In this document: positions 1 through 13,409 of the stretch, in pieces
How the letters are laid out: every line of letters starts with the position of its first letter
How positions within the stretch are numbered: position 1 is the first letter of the stretch
Source: Ophelia neglecta
Lineage: Eukaryota
Direction: 5' to 3'
DNA length: 64,000 bases
Assembly: GCA_965285935.1 (NCBI GenBank)
Contig: OZ260666.1
Span: forward strand, 4,898,001 to 4,962,000
Translations under genes and position numbers: made by a program
Notes under the pieces: generated by a model
The model's input: only the letters and a program-made list of their open reading frames with translations
Databases searched by the model: none
Told to the model about the DNA's origin: nothing

Positions 1-1580
1 CGTAGGATAATCTGGTCTTCTTCTTTCTCATGTAGCAGTTGATTTTTCAACAAAATTTTAAAGCACTGAGCAAAATACATACTGGGAGAACATTGTACAC
101 CATGCTGTTCTTTCCTAGGAATGGAAACACAAAATCGCTTTGGATATTGTAGGTTTTCTAAAGGCGATAAGTCCCATTTCACGAAATATTGTAATTCGTC
201 AAAAGTTCCAACTTGATTGTTCATGTAGAAGCTTCCAGTGCCTTCCAAGACATCACTAGGTCTAAACATTTCAGTTGACGTATGGGGAGCTTCATTGTGA
301 CCCTTCCCACTTTTCTGGACGACTCTATTATCCTCTTGGCAAATAGCAATGCAGCAATTGTGAAGCAGGTTTTCCACTTGTGTATGAATAGCGTGTACGT
401 CTGAGTTAAAACAGCCCGTGTATTCTCCGTCCAGACGCTCGGTACATTTTTTTATATGCGTTGCCTGTTCTATTGCCTTCATCCGAACAATGTACTGTTT
501 GTCTTTTGATTCGACGATTTTGGTCATTACATTCGCCACACGGTCAGGACAACATGTTGCTAAGCTCGCTAGCATTGTATCCTGTGGTCTATTGGCATTT
601 AACTTTCCCGACAATGCTTTTTCGAAGGTTGTTAGTTCATGATTGTCAACAACGTCCAACCTGTTGGATGACAAAGCTTTTTCTCTTTCAGGTCCCAAAA
701 AATGGACTTTAGGGCCCTTCTCAGCTAGAAAGTCTAAAATGTCAGTGTGTCTGTTCTCACATGCTATGTCCAAAGCAATTTGTCCGGTCTGGCATGGTTG
801 ATTTATATCGGATCCAAAATCGTACAAGACGCGTACAATATCTAAATGACCTGCTCCAGAAGCGAGATGTAAAGGGGTGAAACCATTCACCCCAGCAAGA
901 TTTACTTTAGCGCCTCTCTTGACAAGGAGTTCAACCACGTCTAAATGGCCCTTGGCGGAGGCTGCACAAAGAGGGCTGTTTCCACAGCTCAACGTGTTAA
1001 CCTTTGCTCTATGCTTACACAGATAATCTACGATTTTTGTGTAACCTTCCCTAGACGCCAATTGAATTGGGGTTAATCCTTCAGACCAAGCGAAATTCAC
1101 TTTTGCTCCTATTTTGACCAGATATTCTACAATATCCTTTTTTCCGTAGACAGCGGCGATCCCGAGAGGTGTGTACCCAAGCTCCTCTATTAGGTTTAAG
1201 TCAGTTTCTCTGTTCGATGCAATTTGTCTGACTTCATTGAAATTTCCGTTCAGAACAGCCTCGTGTATAGGACGGTTGCCTGATGTTTTCAATAATTTAA
1301 GATCATTTTCGCCTAGATCTATTGGAAGGCTCCCCTCTGCGCGTCCGTAAGTGACGTGTTTATTTTTAATGCTGTCTATACCTCCCTTACTACCTAATAA
1401 CGGGTCTGGTAGCTTGGTGGCGTCTTGATGTGGAACAAGAGACTGCGTTGGACAATTTGTATCTGTATCTTCTTGGTCGCCATTGTGTAGGGCCTCGCTC
1501 TCGATGTCAAGTAGTGGCCGACCCTCTTCTGATTTGCGGAAATTAGGTTGGTCTAATTCGTCATGCGCGATACCCTCCTC
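1..1580 (-). CDS. Gene A last exon: 6 ankyrin repeats fused in frame to a Mab-21/cGLR domain
   Basis: Hand translation is open from the acceptor at 1581-1582 to base 1: EEGIAHDELD...RPIHEAVLNG...TPLGIAAVYG...TPLHLASGAG...ALDIACENRH...VENLLHNCCIAICQED...VLEGTGSFYMNNQVGTFDELQYFVKW...EDQIILR. Not in the ORF track because no stop is reached. Confidence 0.9.
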
Positions 1581-4500
1581 CTAAGGAAATAGAAGTTTTG
1601 AGGTAAATATATCGTTTATGCTGTGTTTAAACAAAGTGTCAATAGAATGTAAATAATGGGCTTGCCCTTGATGTATATTGGAATTATTCTTAAACAAATA
1701 GGTAATTGTTCAACATATATTGTTTGTTGGGACTCTAACAACAAGAAACTGAACCTATATTTTAGAAATATTATACCTGAGAGACCGAAACATTCCAATT
1801 ATCTGTCTAATACTACTTGAAACTGTCTGCATTCACTCCCGGTATTCTCTACTTGTTAATAGAATGCAAAACATGGACTTACATCTGATTGAAAGGAACC
1901 AATACATAACTTATGTCAAGATAAGAAATGAATTACCTGGTCTGGCTTTATTCCTATTTCATTTCTTTGCATTTTAACGTAGCTGTAGACTACCACAGGT
2001 ACAATGGTATATCTAGAAACAGCAAAAGCGGCGGCGAGGAGGCAAAGCAACACGATTGCTGCGACGGCGATACCGACGATGGCTGTAGACGATCTGTTCT
2101 GGATTGCAACCTGGCCAGCTGCATGCAAAGGTTGTGTTGATTCTTCGGTAAACGGTTCCTTACCAGCGATCTGGGATATCGCTGTCGATAAGGCATCGAT
2201 ATTGGAAGTACTAAATGTGTTTGTGTAAGTGGTTTCTGTTGGAAGGATCCTGGTTGACATTTCATTCGGCACAGAACCTACTAAAATAGCTATATTAAAA
2301 CACACAATGCTAGAACAGCGATTATTTAATATATTAATATTCATTTTGACAAGACTATCATAATGGACATAAAAATAAACGGTTAATATCTTTGCCAGAA
2401 CAAGCATAGATTACAATGAATTGTAGGCATCTTTTTATCATCATGTTCATGTTATATGTGTAAATATCTTTGGAATAGTTCCGACGATGTTGTCCTAAAA
2501 ATAGACGACAACGCCTACTCAGGTTCATAGAATACACAATATACAAGAGCCAGCTTGTCAATAGCGTTAAATATGAATTCTAATTTCCGTAAGTCTACTA
2601 GTGGGCAAATATATAACTAGTGAACATTTATTGATTTTGAAGTTCGCGGCCACCCTTTGTTTGCGCGGCAGGGTAGTGTGGTCTGAAGTAATTGGTCGAT
2701 GGGAGCTTGCAAAATATTCAACGCTTATAGCAGCAAATTTCATTTCATCAATACATTGTTCTACCAATTTTGACATTGAAGTGTATTTATGATAAAGGTC
2801 ATTTTATAGTAGATTGAATAGATTCAGATTTCATTCATGACAAACAGGCTCTCTTTAACTAAATATTGTTATTTTAGGAGAAGTGTATTCGTATGTCTTT
2901 TGCACGATTTATTGTTTCATAATATGGCGGCTACATTATTACATAGATAAATGCATCATGAACCACAACAACAAGCTGTTTATAAATTGATAAAAAGCAA
3001 TGCATATGCATGCCTCGATTTCAATGTGATTTCTTTTATTTAGTTGGGCCTATTATGTTAGTCATAACATGAAACATCTCATCCTAACTGAAAACAAGTG
3101 CTGTCAATTATAATTCAGCAGCACAAACTGTATCTGAGTAAATCAAGTAAGCTGGTTTAAGATTAATTCAATAAGTATTGGCTTGTATTATGTCAATCAG
3201 CGTCATCAAATCTAATTCTAGAACTTGATGCTCAGTGCCACAGTGTGATTTGTGATCACCTTTTATCGAGCGAGACCACTGGTTGCATGGGGTTTAGCAA
3301 CTCATTGCCCCTGGAATCTTTTTGACACATTAAGCAAGGACGTGGCTCACTTTAGTGGAAAGCGTTTGTGTAATAATTTCCATGCGGTTAATCAGCTGTC
3401 CGGTTGTTTGATTTAGCTCGAAATGACAGTTGTAATTATGCCAGTAATATAAACAATTGATGGACATTTGAGTCAGAAAGAGTTTCGCAATCAAACTATT
3501 GTCCTATTATCAAAAGTTAAATATTTATTAACCCTACGATACCATTATTCAGATGTCATAAGAAGCATTCATGAAACGACAGTATAATTCAACAAGAATG
3601 AAAAGGTAACTGTCAACCAGTATACAAACCGCTGTAGTAAACTTGTAATGTGGTTGAGCTGGGCTCTAAAGCTATGAACGTTAGAGTTACTTCAACCTCT
3701 TGCTGTAGCACGTTACCAAAATGAAATTCTCCATCACACTCGTAATCGTGGTCTGAATGTCCAGTACAGGAATGCTGCTTCTCGCCTGTTGATAAAGTAC
3801 AATATACCGGAGGTTCGGCGGCAGGGATGGCTACAATCAATCGTAACATTCCTGGTTTTTTTAGCTCCAGCGTTTTGTTCCTTATAACAAATTTACGACT
3901 TGACTCGCCATACATCTGACTGTAGGAGATGGCTGGCTGCAGATATTTCTCCCGATCTGGGCACGCTGATAAAAAAAATCTGATCAACATTAATATTAAG
4001 TAAGAAATAACGTTTGCTTATAATACTTCTTGGAGGAATATAATCACTTTTTTTGCATTTTAATGATTTATAAATCTCTGAAAAAGCACATTGATCTATA
4101 TTATTCCTCGCTTAATACACGGCAGTCTAAGGTGCTCGTATACCGCGATACAAGGCATCAGATAATGCTCATTACATAAAATAATATAAAGGATTCAGGC
4201 TCTCCTGTTTGTTACTAATTAACATAGGTAAGTAATAGTATTAAATGAACACTAAGCACTAAAATGTGTATTAAACTTATACCATGCAGTTAAAATTGCA
4301 TTCATTTATAGCCATCTCGGTGAGTGAAACAAACAAACTTTAGCCATGTGTATATTGCGGCGTCGTTATATTTTGTTTTGCCTAAGTACATTTGCAGTAC
4401 TATGTTCAGGCGTTAAGCTATGACATACACAAGTATTAAGTCGACGAAATCACATTAAAACTCGATAAAATGCCAAAACCAAACCTATATTCACCTGAGG

Positions 4501-5362
4501 ATGTTAACACGCGTAATTCGGCAGAGTCGTGGATAAGTGTGACCAGTCCTTTAAGATAAACCTGTAATTCATAGGTACCACCGTCTGATGAAGATGCACT
4601 GTCTAATTTGATTCCGTAGGTACTGTTCTCAATCAGGTGGACGTTGTCAGTGCGTATTAGAGGCACTTTTTGTTTATCAATGCCAATAAGTAACTTCAAA
4701 TCTGGTTTAATCTTGTAAAAGTATACATAATCAACCTGATCCGGGTCGCCCTTGTAGCTCCAGAGCAGTCGGGCGGTGTCTCCTTCGCAGACGTGTACAG
4801 TTCCCGGACCCAGGAGCCATCCTGTAACAATATAAAGATAATTTGCGAGATTCGAACAAATTATGCGCTACTCCAACCCCGAACATCATGAATGCTTTGT
4901 AGTGCCGACCTTGATGTTACCTATTACAAATATTTTGCATGACATTCATTGAACCNNNNNNNNNNNNNNNNNNNNNNNNNNNNNNNNNNNNNNNNNNNNN
5001 NNNNNNNNNNNNNNNNNNNNNNNNNNNNNNNNNNNNNNNNNNNNNNNNNNNNNNNNNNNNNNNNNNNNNNNNNNNNNNNNNNNNNNNNNNNNNNNNNNNN
5101 NNNNNNNNNNNNNNNNNNNNNNNNNNNNNNNNNNNNNNNNNNNNNNNNNNNNNNNNNNNNNACGAAATTATTGCAGGGTGTTATGCTGAAGGTTTAATTC
5201 ATGATTTTAGTGCTTTAAGTGAGAGTAAATGTCGAAATGAAAAAGGAACCCAGCAAATTGTAACTTACCATCCTCTGTGTTACAGACTCCAGCATACTGT
5301 AAAAATAATACAGTGAGCAATACGATTTTGAAAAACAGCATCCCACTAGAATCACAGATCAT
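1..5362 (-). CDS. Gene A: type I membrane receptor, SP-IgV-like-beta domain-stalk-TM-6x ankyrin-Mab-21/cGAS-like domain (3' end beyond window)
   Basis: Exons 5362-5269 (MICDSSGMLFFKIVLLTVLFLQYAGVCNTED, signal peptide), 4821-4495 (Ig), 3965-3630, 2277-1937 (stalk+TM), 1580-<1. All GT-AG, phases 1,1,1,0; exons 1-4 are the same lengths as in gene B (94/327/336/341 nt). About 890 codons without a stop in the window. Confidence 0.88.
1937..2277 (-). CDS. Gene A exon 4, Ser/Thr-rich stalk and transmembrane helix
   Basis: AIVGIAVAAIVLLCLLAAAFAV hydrophobic stretch; acceptor TTTTAGTAG, donor CAG/GTAATT. Confidence 0.85.
4495..4821 (-). CDS. Gene A exon 2, V-like Ig domain without canonical disulfide
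   Basis: GDTARLLWSY...YGIKLDSASSSDGGTYELQV: DxGxY tyrosine corner present; phase-1 junctions. Confidence 0.85.
4956..5161. other. Assembly gap in gene A intron 1
   Basis: Run of N. Confidence 0.99.
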
Positions 5363-8300
5363 TCGGTTGACTCTCACGCTTGGAATAGTGACGTCCTTTA
5401 TTACAGTATCAGATTGGTCTTCTGCAATTTTAAAATTCAAATACAACTTCGGTAAAAAAAATGTCAATTTTCCAAACCTTAACTACTTTACATTCATCTT
5501 TTCCCTATGGTGTTTATGATTGAATTGCATCATCCACACTCTATGACGCCCACTTGAGGCTGCCCTTTATGGTGGATGTGGTTTTCATTTATAATTAGCA
5601 ACGCGACTGACCCTGGCTCTTAGCTTTTATTTATTCAAGTAATAATCGCAATGTTACTGATATCACTCAATTTATTATACCTTTGACAGACCTATTGTTT
5701 AGCCAGCTATAGTTTCCGCATCTATTATTATAACGCACAGACTCTAAACAGGGCTTAATAATGGACATAGAGCTAATTAACAATATATACCCGTTGATAA
5801 TTGAGTTGTAAAGCTCCTTTGATTCATAGTCTATACAGTACATTCTTCTCCAACGATTGTACGATATCGGCAAAAATGAATCAAAGGTCCACATTGCGCT
5901 TCATAATGGACATGGGGCGAATAGATTATAAGGGTAGATTTATTTTCAGGTCTTTCTAAAAAACTGCGTTAAATGGTAGGTAATGATCATTGAAAATCTA
6001 TTTCCAATGTTTTTTTGGGCACAAAAATGGAATTTTCTGCGTCGCCTGTCCATTTGAAAATGACATGTCTACTCGGCATGGGACCAAAAAAAAACCCTGA
6101 TGACGCCTCATACGAAAATGTAAAAATGTTGAATATGTACCATCATTATTATGAACCTTAATGTGTATGTCGATTTCTCGTACACAACTGAGCATGGAAA
6201 TGGACCCACCTCCAACTCAAACCACGAGTATATACATCATGCTACTGCCATCACGACGGTTGCCATGGAAACCACATTTCAGCCTAGACTGGTTACTGGT
6301 CGGTAGTTTTGTCATGGGCAGGCGTAAATTAGCTCAGTGAATACCCAAATGTATAAGAAGGCAGTTAACGGTCAAGTTGATATCATCCCTGGATAGTTGC
6401 GACAGTCATTATGCATAGCTACATAGTTGCCTTGGTTTAAAGGACAGTAACAACCCATAGAGCGGCGTGTTGCATAATAATAAAATGTTCTTGGGCAGGG
6501 CTAATTGGCATGCATCTACACCTCCAAACAATGTGAATTACCACATACGATTTGTCGTTTTGAATTCTTTCGGAGGGAAATATACATGAAGACACTAGCT
6601 GCATGAACCGACAGTACTGAGGCGAATGTCAGCTGTCAGAACAGTGCCAACAGATTATGGTATAATATAATGGCGTCAGTTTGCCTACATGTTTTTGACA
6701 AATGTACTTGATTGTGCAAGTACTCATCAAAGTGAAATCATCTTGAATTTTATTTACAAAAATGAAACAAGGACCCTTCGTTAGAACTAGGCCATATATT
6801 AACACGTGACAGTTAAATATATCCTTTGCGTAGTACTATGAGATGGATAATTAGATACAGCGCCGCGATTTTGTTGCTATTTGAGGGCGGAAAGGCTCAC
6901 GAGACCGACTGGGTGGGGGGATGGGGGGTTGAGATTTGGTGTGGGGGGGGGGGGGGGTCACTTTCATTGCAGACCCTGGGGCTGTTATCCGGTACCCTTG
7001 ATGAGGCCGAATGAACAAGAAACAAATGCCGAGGTATGGGCTCCGTTAATTATTATGTTAGCACAATTAGCTTGCGGAAGAAAACCAAACCAAACCATGT
7101 GCTCCATTCAATTCAATTCAATTCTATTCATTTCAATTAGATTCCGTTTTTTATCATCACATGTGATAAATAATAGAAACTTGCATCATTTAAGGTAGTG
7201 TTAGAAATTAATTAGAAATCATCTAAGAAATTTCAAGTATGTTTTTTTCTTGTCTGATATAATAATAAAATACGAAGAAAGTAAACAAGACGGAAATGGG
7301 GCGAATGATATTTTCACTTACGGGCCCCCGAGAATCAATTGCTAAGGGTAGACGTTGTGAGAAAGATAAATGGATTCAAGTAGAGATGTAACTGTAGAAG
7401 TCATTGAAGAATTATTATCAAACATGCGAGGAACTGATACATGGTTATTTAGTTCCTGTGGCTACGTACACCCGAATAACTATTTATACCTGGTGAGTCA
7501 TTATATCAGTATAAGAGCGAAAACATTAGTGCCTATTTCATATAATCCTAATTAGTTTCATCGACTTTATATATCTTATTGTACCAAAACTAGTGGTGAT
7601 CTCAATATGCCAAATAGCAAAGGCGGTGTCAATGGAAGGCGCGTATTTAAGTCAATGATATCCAAGTACAGATGACGCACTGGTAACCGTGTGGGCCTTT
7701 GTGTTGCTACCCTTCAGCAAGCATACACTAACAAGACCCCTGGATAATATAGTGTTTTATATACTTGATGATCGATTTTATTCTCATATCAACATATACG
7801 AGTGATTTGTTAGAACTGATAAGGGTACCGAAGTGCTTGGAAACTATACAAGGGGAGAATGAGAGGGACGCTATGTGAACCATTTTTTTTCCTTTGGTAA
7901 GGAGATAATAACTAGTCGGGACAGGACGCATCAGCTAATATATATTTTTTCATAAGGGCATTCCTGTTGAGATCAAACTAATTATAGACAGTTTCTTGCT
8001 AAGAGGTATCATGGATTTTGTTAGTTAGTTCGTAATTGAAATTGAAGTATGGCCTAAGTTATAAAAGACTTAACCAAAACGGCCTATGTGGCTTAAGTGA
8101 CATGGTTTACACTGACCCAAAGTAACTCAAGTAGTGTAAAAATGTGACACAGAAAAATGACCTTATTATCAAAATTAATGACCTTAATATCCTTCATACG
8201 ACTCATGCACCTCAGATCTGTATACTTGATGATGGGTCTGGATTAGGCTGTCACATTGGCATGCTTAGCTACACTTTGATAAAAAGTCCTTTAGGTAAGT

Positions 8301-10555
8301 TTAGTGTGAGGAAATATACCGCCTTTGAATGTTGTTGAACAATCGTTTGAACAATTAAACTAAGTAAACTGACGAAGCCAAGTATTCCAAATATACCAGG
8401 GAGTGCTTGTATCCATCAAGAGTTCCCTTACATATCTGAGGTCGTGAGAAACCAGCTCCAAACGTTATCGTGATAACGTTTGATGGCTGGTTTGAAGGAC
8501 TGCGGAAGTGTAATGACGGTGGGGAGAGGTCGGGACACCCTTACTCGATTATTGTGGAATTGCGCCGAAGCCGTGTGTCATGTGGAAATTATCAAATAGA
8601 ATCTACTAATGCAGGGAGCAGACATGCGCATTCTAACTGCTACTGCGACCATGCGCCCAAAATAGCCCTAGGCCCATCTACCAGGTTTCCTAGGTACATA
8701 AACATACAACAATAGAAAAAAACAAGTCATCTCATGTATGCTGGCATTCCGTTGGTATAATGACGATATTTCCAAGGAAATTTGCATCATAAACTAAACC
8801 AGCAACACTTGTGCTAGCAGGCAATCCATTAACTCAATATCCCGACAACAAAGTGTTCCACTCGTTAGACATCTTTTCGGCACTGGGTCACAGCTTATTA
8901 TCACTTGTGTAATTACTTGTGTAATACAAATTACATTAACCTCAGAATATTTGGCTTAAAACAATGTAAAAAAGCATTATACATTAGGAAAATCTATGAT
9001 GGTCTATAATGTTGAGACCAAAGATGAAATTATCTCAATAAAAATGGTGCCTAAACTACGAAACCGGTTAAGTACAATCCTATACAAATAGATATACATT
9101 TCTGTGCAGAAAGGACCCATATCCGTCACATTTCCATTTATTTTTTGAAGCACGAAATTTGGATAATTCGCCACTCGCATTCTACCTCGCCACTCCCTTA
9201 TTATAACTTGCCGTTCGCTTTTAATATCTCGCAACTCGCCCAAAGGTCTTGATTTTAGCTCTGCACAGAACTATTTGAATCAACCGAGAATATGTACTAT
9301 TTTTTCCATCGTCCATCAAACCACATAATGACAGCCGCTCATCAGCTGCCCTCAATGATCCTAAGCACCACGACTTCCTTCTTCTGCCAACCACCGTCAA
9401 ATCGAATAAAAAATCTTTTTCACCTACAATAAACAGTTGCTTGGACATCTTCACATTGACACCCCCCCCCCCCCCACACACACACACACACACTCTCCCT
9501 CTTCTGACCATGATAGTGATAGTAAAAGTAAAGCGGACCTCTATTTGTGAGCCATCTGCCGTGGCGAAAACGAGTACAAGTAGCCTCATAAAGAACAGAT
9601 TCGTAATCAATTGCCCATCATTCTCAAGAGGCATATCATGTATTGAAATGTGCGTTTTTACATACTGCAAATTTGTAAAGACTCGTGTCACCTAAACTGA
9701 TATTCACAAATATGTCCTGTAAGCCTGTAAGTGATCTGCATGTCTACATGCGCGATAGAACCAATACCAAATATTATTTATCTGTGTTCAATATCCCGGA
9801 TTTCTCTCTCCTATGAATACAGTACTTGTATTAATTGCTCAGTGTGTCTTATGACAATGCTGTGAACAGACACGGCAGTACAATGACAGGCCGAAGGTCT
9901 ATCTTCAGATTAATTACCAAACGCAAATGCGGCGAAGTAAGTAGAGTTGTTATCGGTGATTGCATACCGACGCTTAAAACTGAGCGATGGGTGTTAAGTA
10001 GGTAAGGTCCCGGATGCGGGGGGGGGGGGGGTGGTTAGGAAGGGTTGGTGGTTATTAAAACACTACGGTAATAAAAACATGTCCGAGAGAGGTGACCACG
10101 AGGAGCGCTTTCACAGTTGTTTGCAGATGTAAACTATCATATTTGTTGTTATAACACAGTGTTGACCGTACGGCGAAAAACATCAATTTAAATGTCCAGC
10201 AATAAGCATCAAATACAAGTGTTAGCTTTGTGAACCCTGATTTAACATAAAACAAGTTCATATTGGATTGTACCCCAATATTGTAGAATAGGACTTTGTC
10301 CAAACGTGCATCACCTTCTGATTGATATGAACGTTGGAGTCATACACATCAATACTGAACGAGATACACATGCTTATATAAACACATGAGTATCAAAGTA
10401 TAACCTTTATAACCCATTAAACACTTCAAATCCATTTAGGATATAATTAATCATCTATCCTGCCTACAGGTTAACGCTCTCTTCTATATGCACTGCGACA
10501 GACCTGTTTTTTATTGTCCTTGATATCAACTTGCTCCGGTCGTATGATATAAACC

Positions 10556-10722
10556 TACAATAAAACCTGTGAATTAAGACCACCCAGGGGACTGGAAATA
10601 CCGGTACGATTATGGAGGTGGTCTAATTACACAGGGTATTTTTACATTGAGAATGTGTAGTATGGTCTGAATAGACACGTGGTCTGAATATAGAGGTGGT
10701 CTTTAAGGCAGGTTTCGCTGTA
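10556..10722. mobile_element. Tc1/mariner-pogo type MITE
   Basis: TA-CAATAAAACCTG..TTAAGACCACC ... GGTGGTCTTTAAGGCAGGTTTCGCTG-TA: imperfect TIRs flanked by TA. Confidence 0.7.
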
Positions 10723-13409
10723 TGAAGATTAATTAAGTGTGCGAAGGTTTAGGTATGGTATTTAAAACTCGGAACGTTGCCAAAGGCCCGATCGACGTTA
10801 TATATAACACACAGATTTTGAAATACTTGTCTGACTTCCTTTACTAATAAAAGTGCATCTGTACACCAACGATATATTAGTAGATACGATGCATGTAAAA
10901 GCTGGCCAAAGTGTATCAGTATCAGCTCATACACAGTACAGTATATCTATTTTGCAGGTATTTAGCATATATTGTGTTTCTCAGAGATAATATCACCTCG
11001 TGAGAAACAAATCGGTCCCTCATAAGATACAAGACGGTACATATCGAGTTTATGGTATCAATACAAAATTTAAACTTTAACCCTGATTATTTGAGATTAA
11101 TCTATCCCTAAATTTTATTTTTGCCAACTGGTAAATTTCATGTTTCTTGCCCAGTATAGCATGCCGACTAATATGACAAAATCCTCTTCGCCACATCCAC
11201 CCCTTATCGACTGCCCCTCCTCTACAACTATGGTTAAATGACCGTCAATAATATGCGACAAACACTTAGACCAGTGACATTTATACCTTAATCTCACTGA
11301 ATGTGCTACCCTATAATTCTTAGGTTTCTTAGGCAATGAGCCTCTGATTAATTTTTTTGCTCAAATGTTTTCTGTTCTTAGGGAGGGGGGTGGGGGTTAT
11401 ATTATGATTTCATACTTGACAAACTTACTGATCGAGATATTTCAGCCCAAATGTAAATGTCCTCGGTCCCATAGGTTATCAGCCTTGCTATTATAGCCCA
11501 TACAAATATGTATGATATTCCGGCTACGAGATATCATTCCACGTCCATCGCCTAAAGGCTCAGGCCTTTATCACGTCTGTACGACTTATGTTTAGTAAAA
11601 AAGTTGAACTAAGTGAATTTTCGAAGCCAAATACGCAATAACCAAAGAAGTGGATATCAATGAAGACAATGTATTTTAATATCTGACGTCATGAGACAGC
11701 TGTCCAAATGCTACTGTGATTCGTTTGTCGGTTTCTGACAGGTTCGGAATTGTAATCAAGTGAAGATGGGGACAACCTTACTCTTCTATTGTGGAAATGC
11801 CCGGAAACGGCGTGCCACATGTTTTAGGGGAAGAACACACTTGTGTCATCTCAAAGTACTACAAATTCTTGCCAAGATACTAAGGAGTATTAAAATCTGT
11901 AATATTTAATTAAGTATTTAGATTATCAATTGTAGATTTCAAGAATTCCAATTTAAAAAAGGATAATTTACCGCAAGAAAATATCAACAGTTTGCGAATG
12001 AACTCGAAACCTCTCAGTAAAAAGTTGGTTTAGATACGGTTAAGCTGGTTAACATGGCAACCACTTACAACATTCAGTAAATAAATGTCTCATAGTCTCC
12101 ACTGTCATATAATCATAACTCCATCATATTTGAAGTATGCATGTCAGGTAATAGCTGATGGTGAAGCGCTTATGTCAATTTGTTAACCCTTGGTTACCAA
12201 GGCAACGGGCATCATAACCAAGCAAAGTTTTATTCATTTCTAGCAAAACCTACCTGGACTTTACATAAAAATTTTGTAACTTTTGGACAGTTTTCTATTT
12301 ATGACATCAAATGTGCACCATTGTTACAGCAGGTCACGTGATGGTTCACCTTAATTCTAGTCCTAAGGTTTCATGCAAAAACTAATGTGGATCATCTTAC
12401 ATAATCAACATTCTTGTGAAAACCCTTAGCACGCTTCCAGAACATTGGTATGTTGGTAAAAAGGCTAACCATTATCGTGAATGCCGTTCAAAGAAAATAT
12501 TTTGACACACTGAGGGACGGGCCTATGTCTGGTGAAATGGGATCAAGACACAAGAGCAGATGATGGTGGTCAAATTGACAGTTGAATGAATAAGTAACTC
12601 TGCCATATTATCACAACTAGAAGAATTACAAGTTTAAAACGCTCATACATTAAGTACTTGTAACGATGCTTAGTGCTTAAACCATTATATACTACTACCA
12701 TATTTCCTGCTCAGTTACTAGAGGTACTTCTGACAAATTTACAGCAGCTTGAACACTATAATTACATGTCTAGTTAGCACCTGTTTCGTGAAATCATTTT
12801 ACATCATTGTTTTCATTACGCTTCTTTTCAACAGCCGATTTGTACGCTATAATTAGCTTCGAAATAAAGTTGTATTGTCGTAAGAGTGCACCACACTCCG
12901 GCTCGGTGTTCTCTCTGTTATTAAGTAACTCGCTTCCAAATAAGGAACACCTACTCGAAGGAACAATTTCACTGAGCCTGTTTTTAACAACTGAGATTGT
13001 AAGGGGAAGGAGAACACGGGATTTTAGTCGAATCAATGCAGAACGTTCCCTCCGGTTTTTGGGCATAGTTCAGCAAAGCAAATATAAAGGCACGCGTTCA
13101 TCTTATTTGGTTATTTAGAAGCTTTCTGCCAATGAGAATGTTTCATTTTCAACAACATTAGTAACGCAATGTCCTCCCGGGGATATTTTCCCACGTATTG
13201 GGAATTGCATTGTTTCAACACTCATCCAAAGCTAAATAGGATGAGTAATAATTCACAGGCAGACTGGTCAATGTCTGCGTTATTCCCAGCACATTTCTCT
13301 ACCACGACTTTCTTTCTGGGAAGGCCGACTATTCTCTGCAGATATCCCATCGTAACAGCGAAGAACAGCAAAATCTTCGCTTCATCCGACAAAATCATAA
13401 AAAAGAGAA

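Noticed and set aside
4939-5316. ORFs spanning the N run
   Set aside because: Artefacts of the assembly gap.
9221-9691. 156-aa ORF with a similar copy at 34186-34401
   Set aside because: Similarity is explained by the inverted duplication; the frame crosses GT/poly-G microsatellites and has no domain signal.
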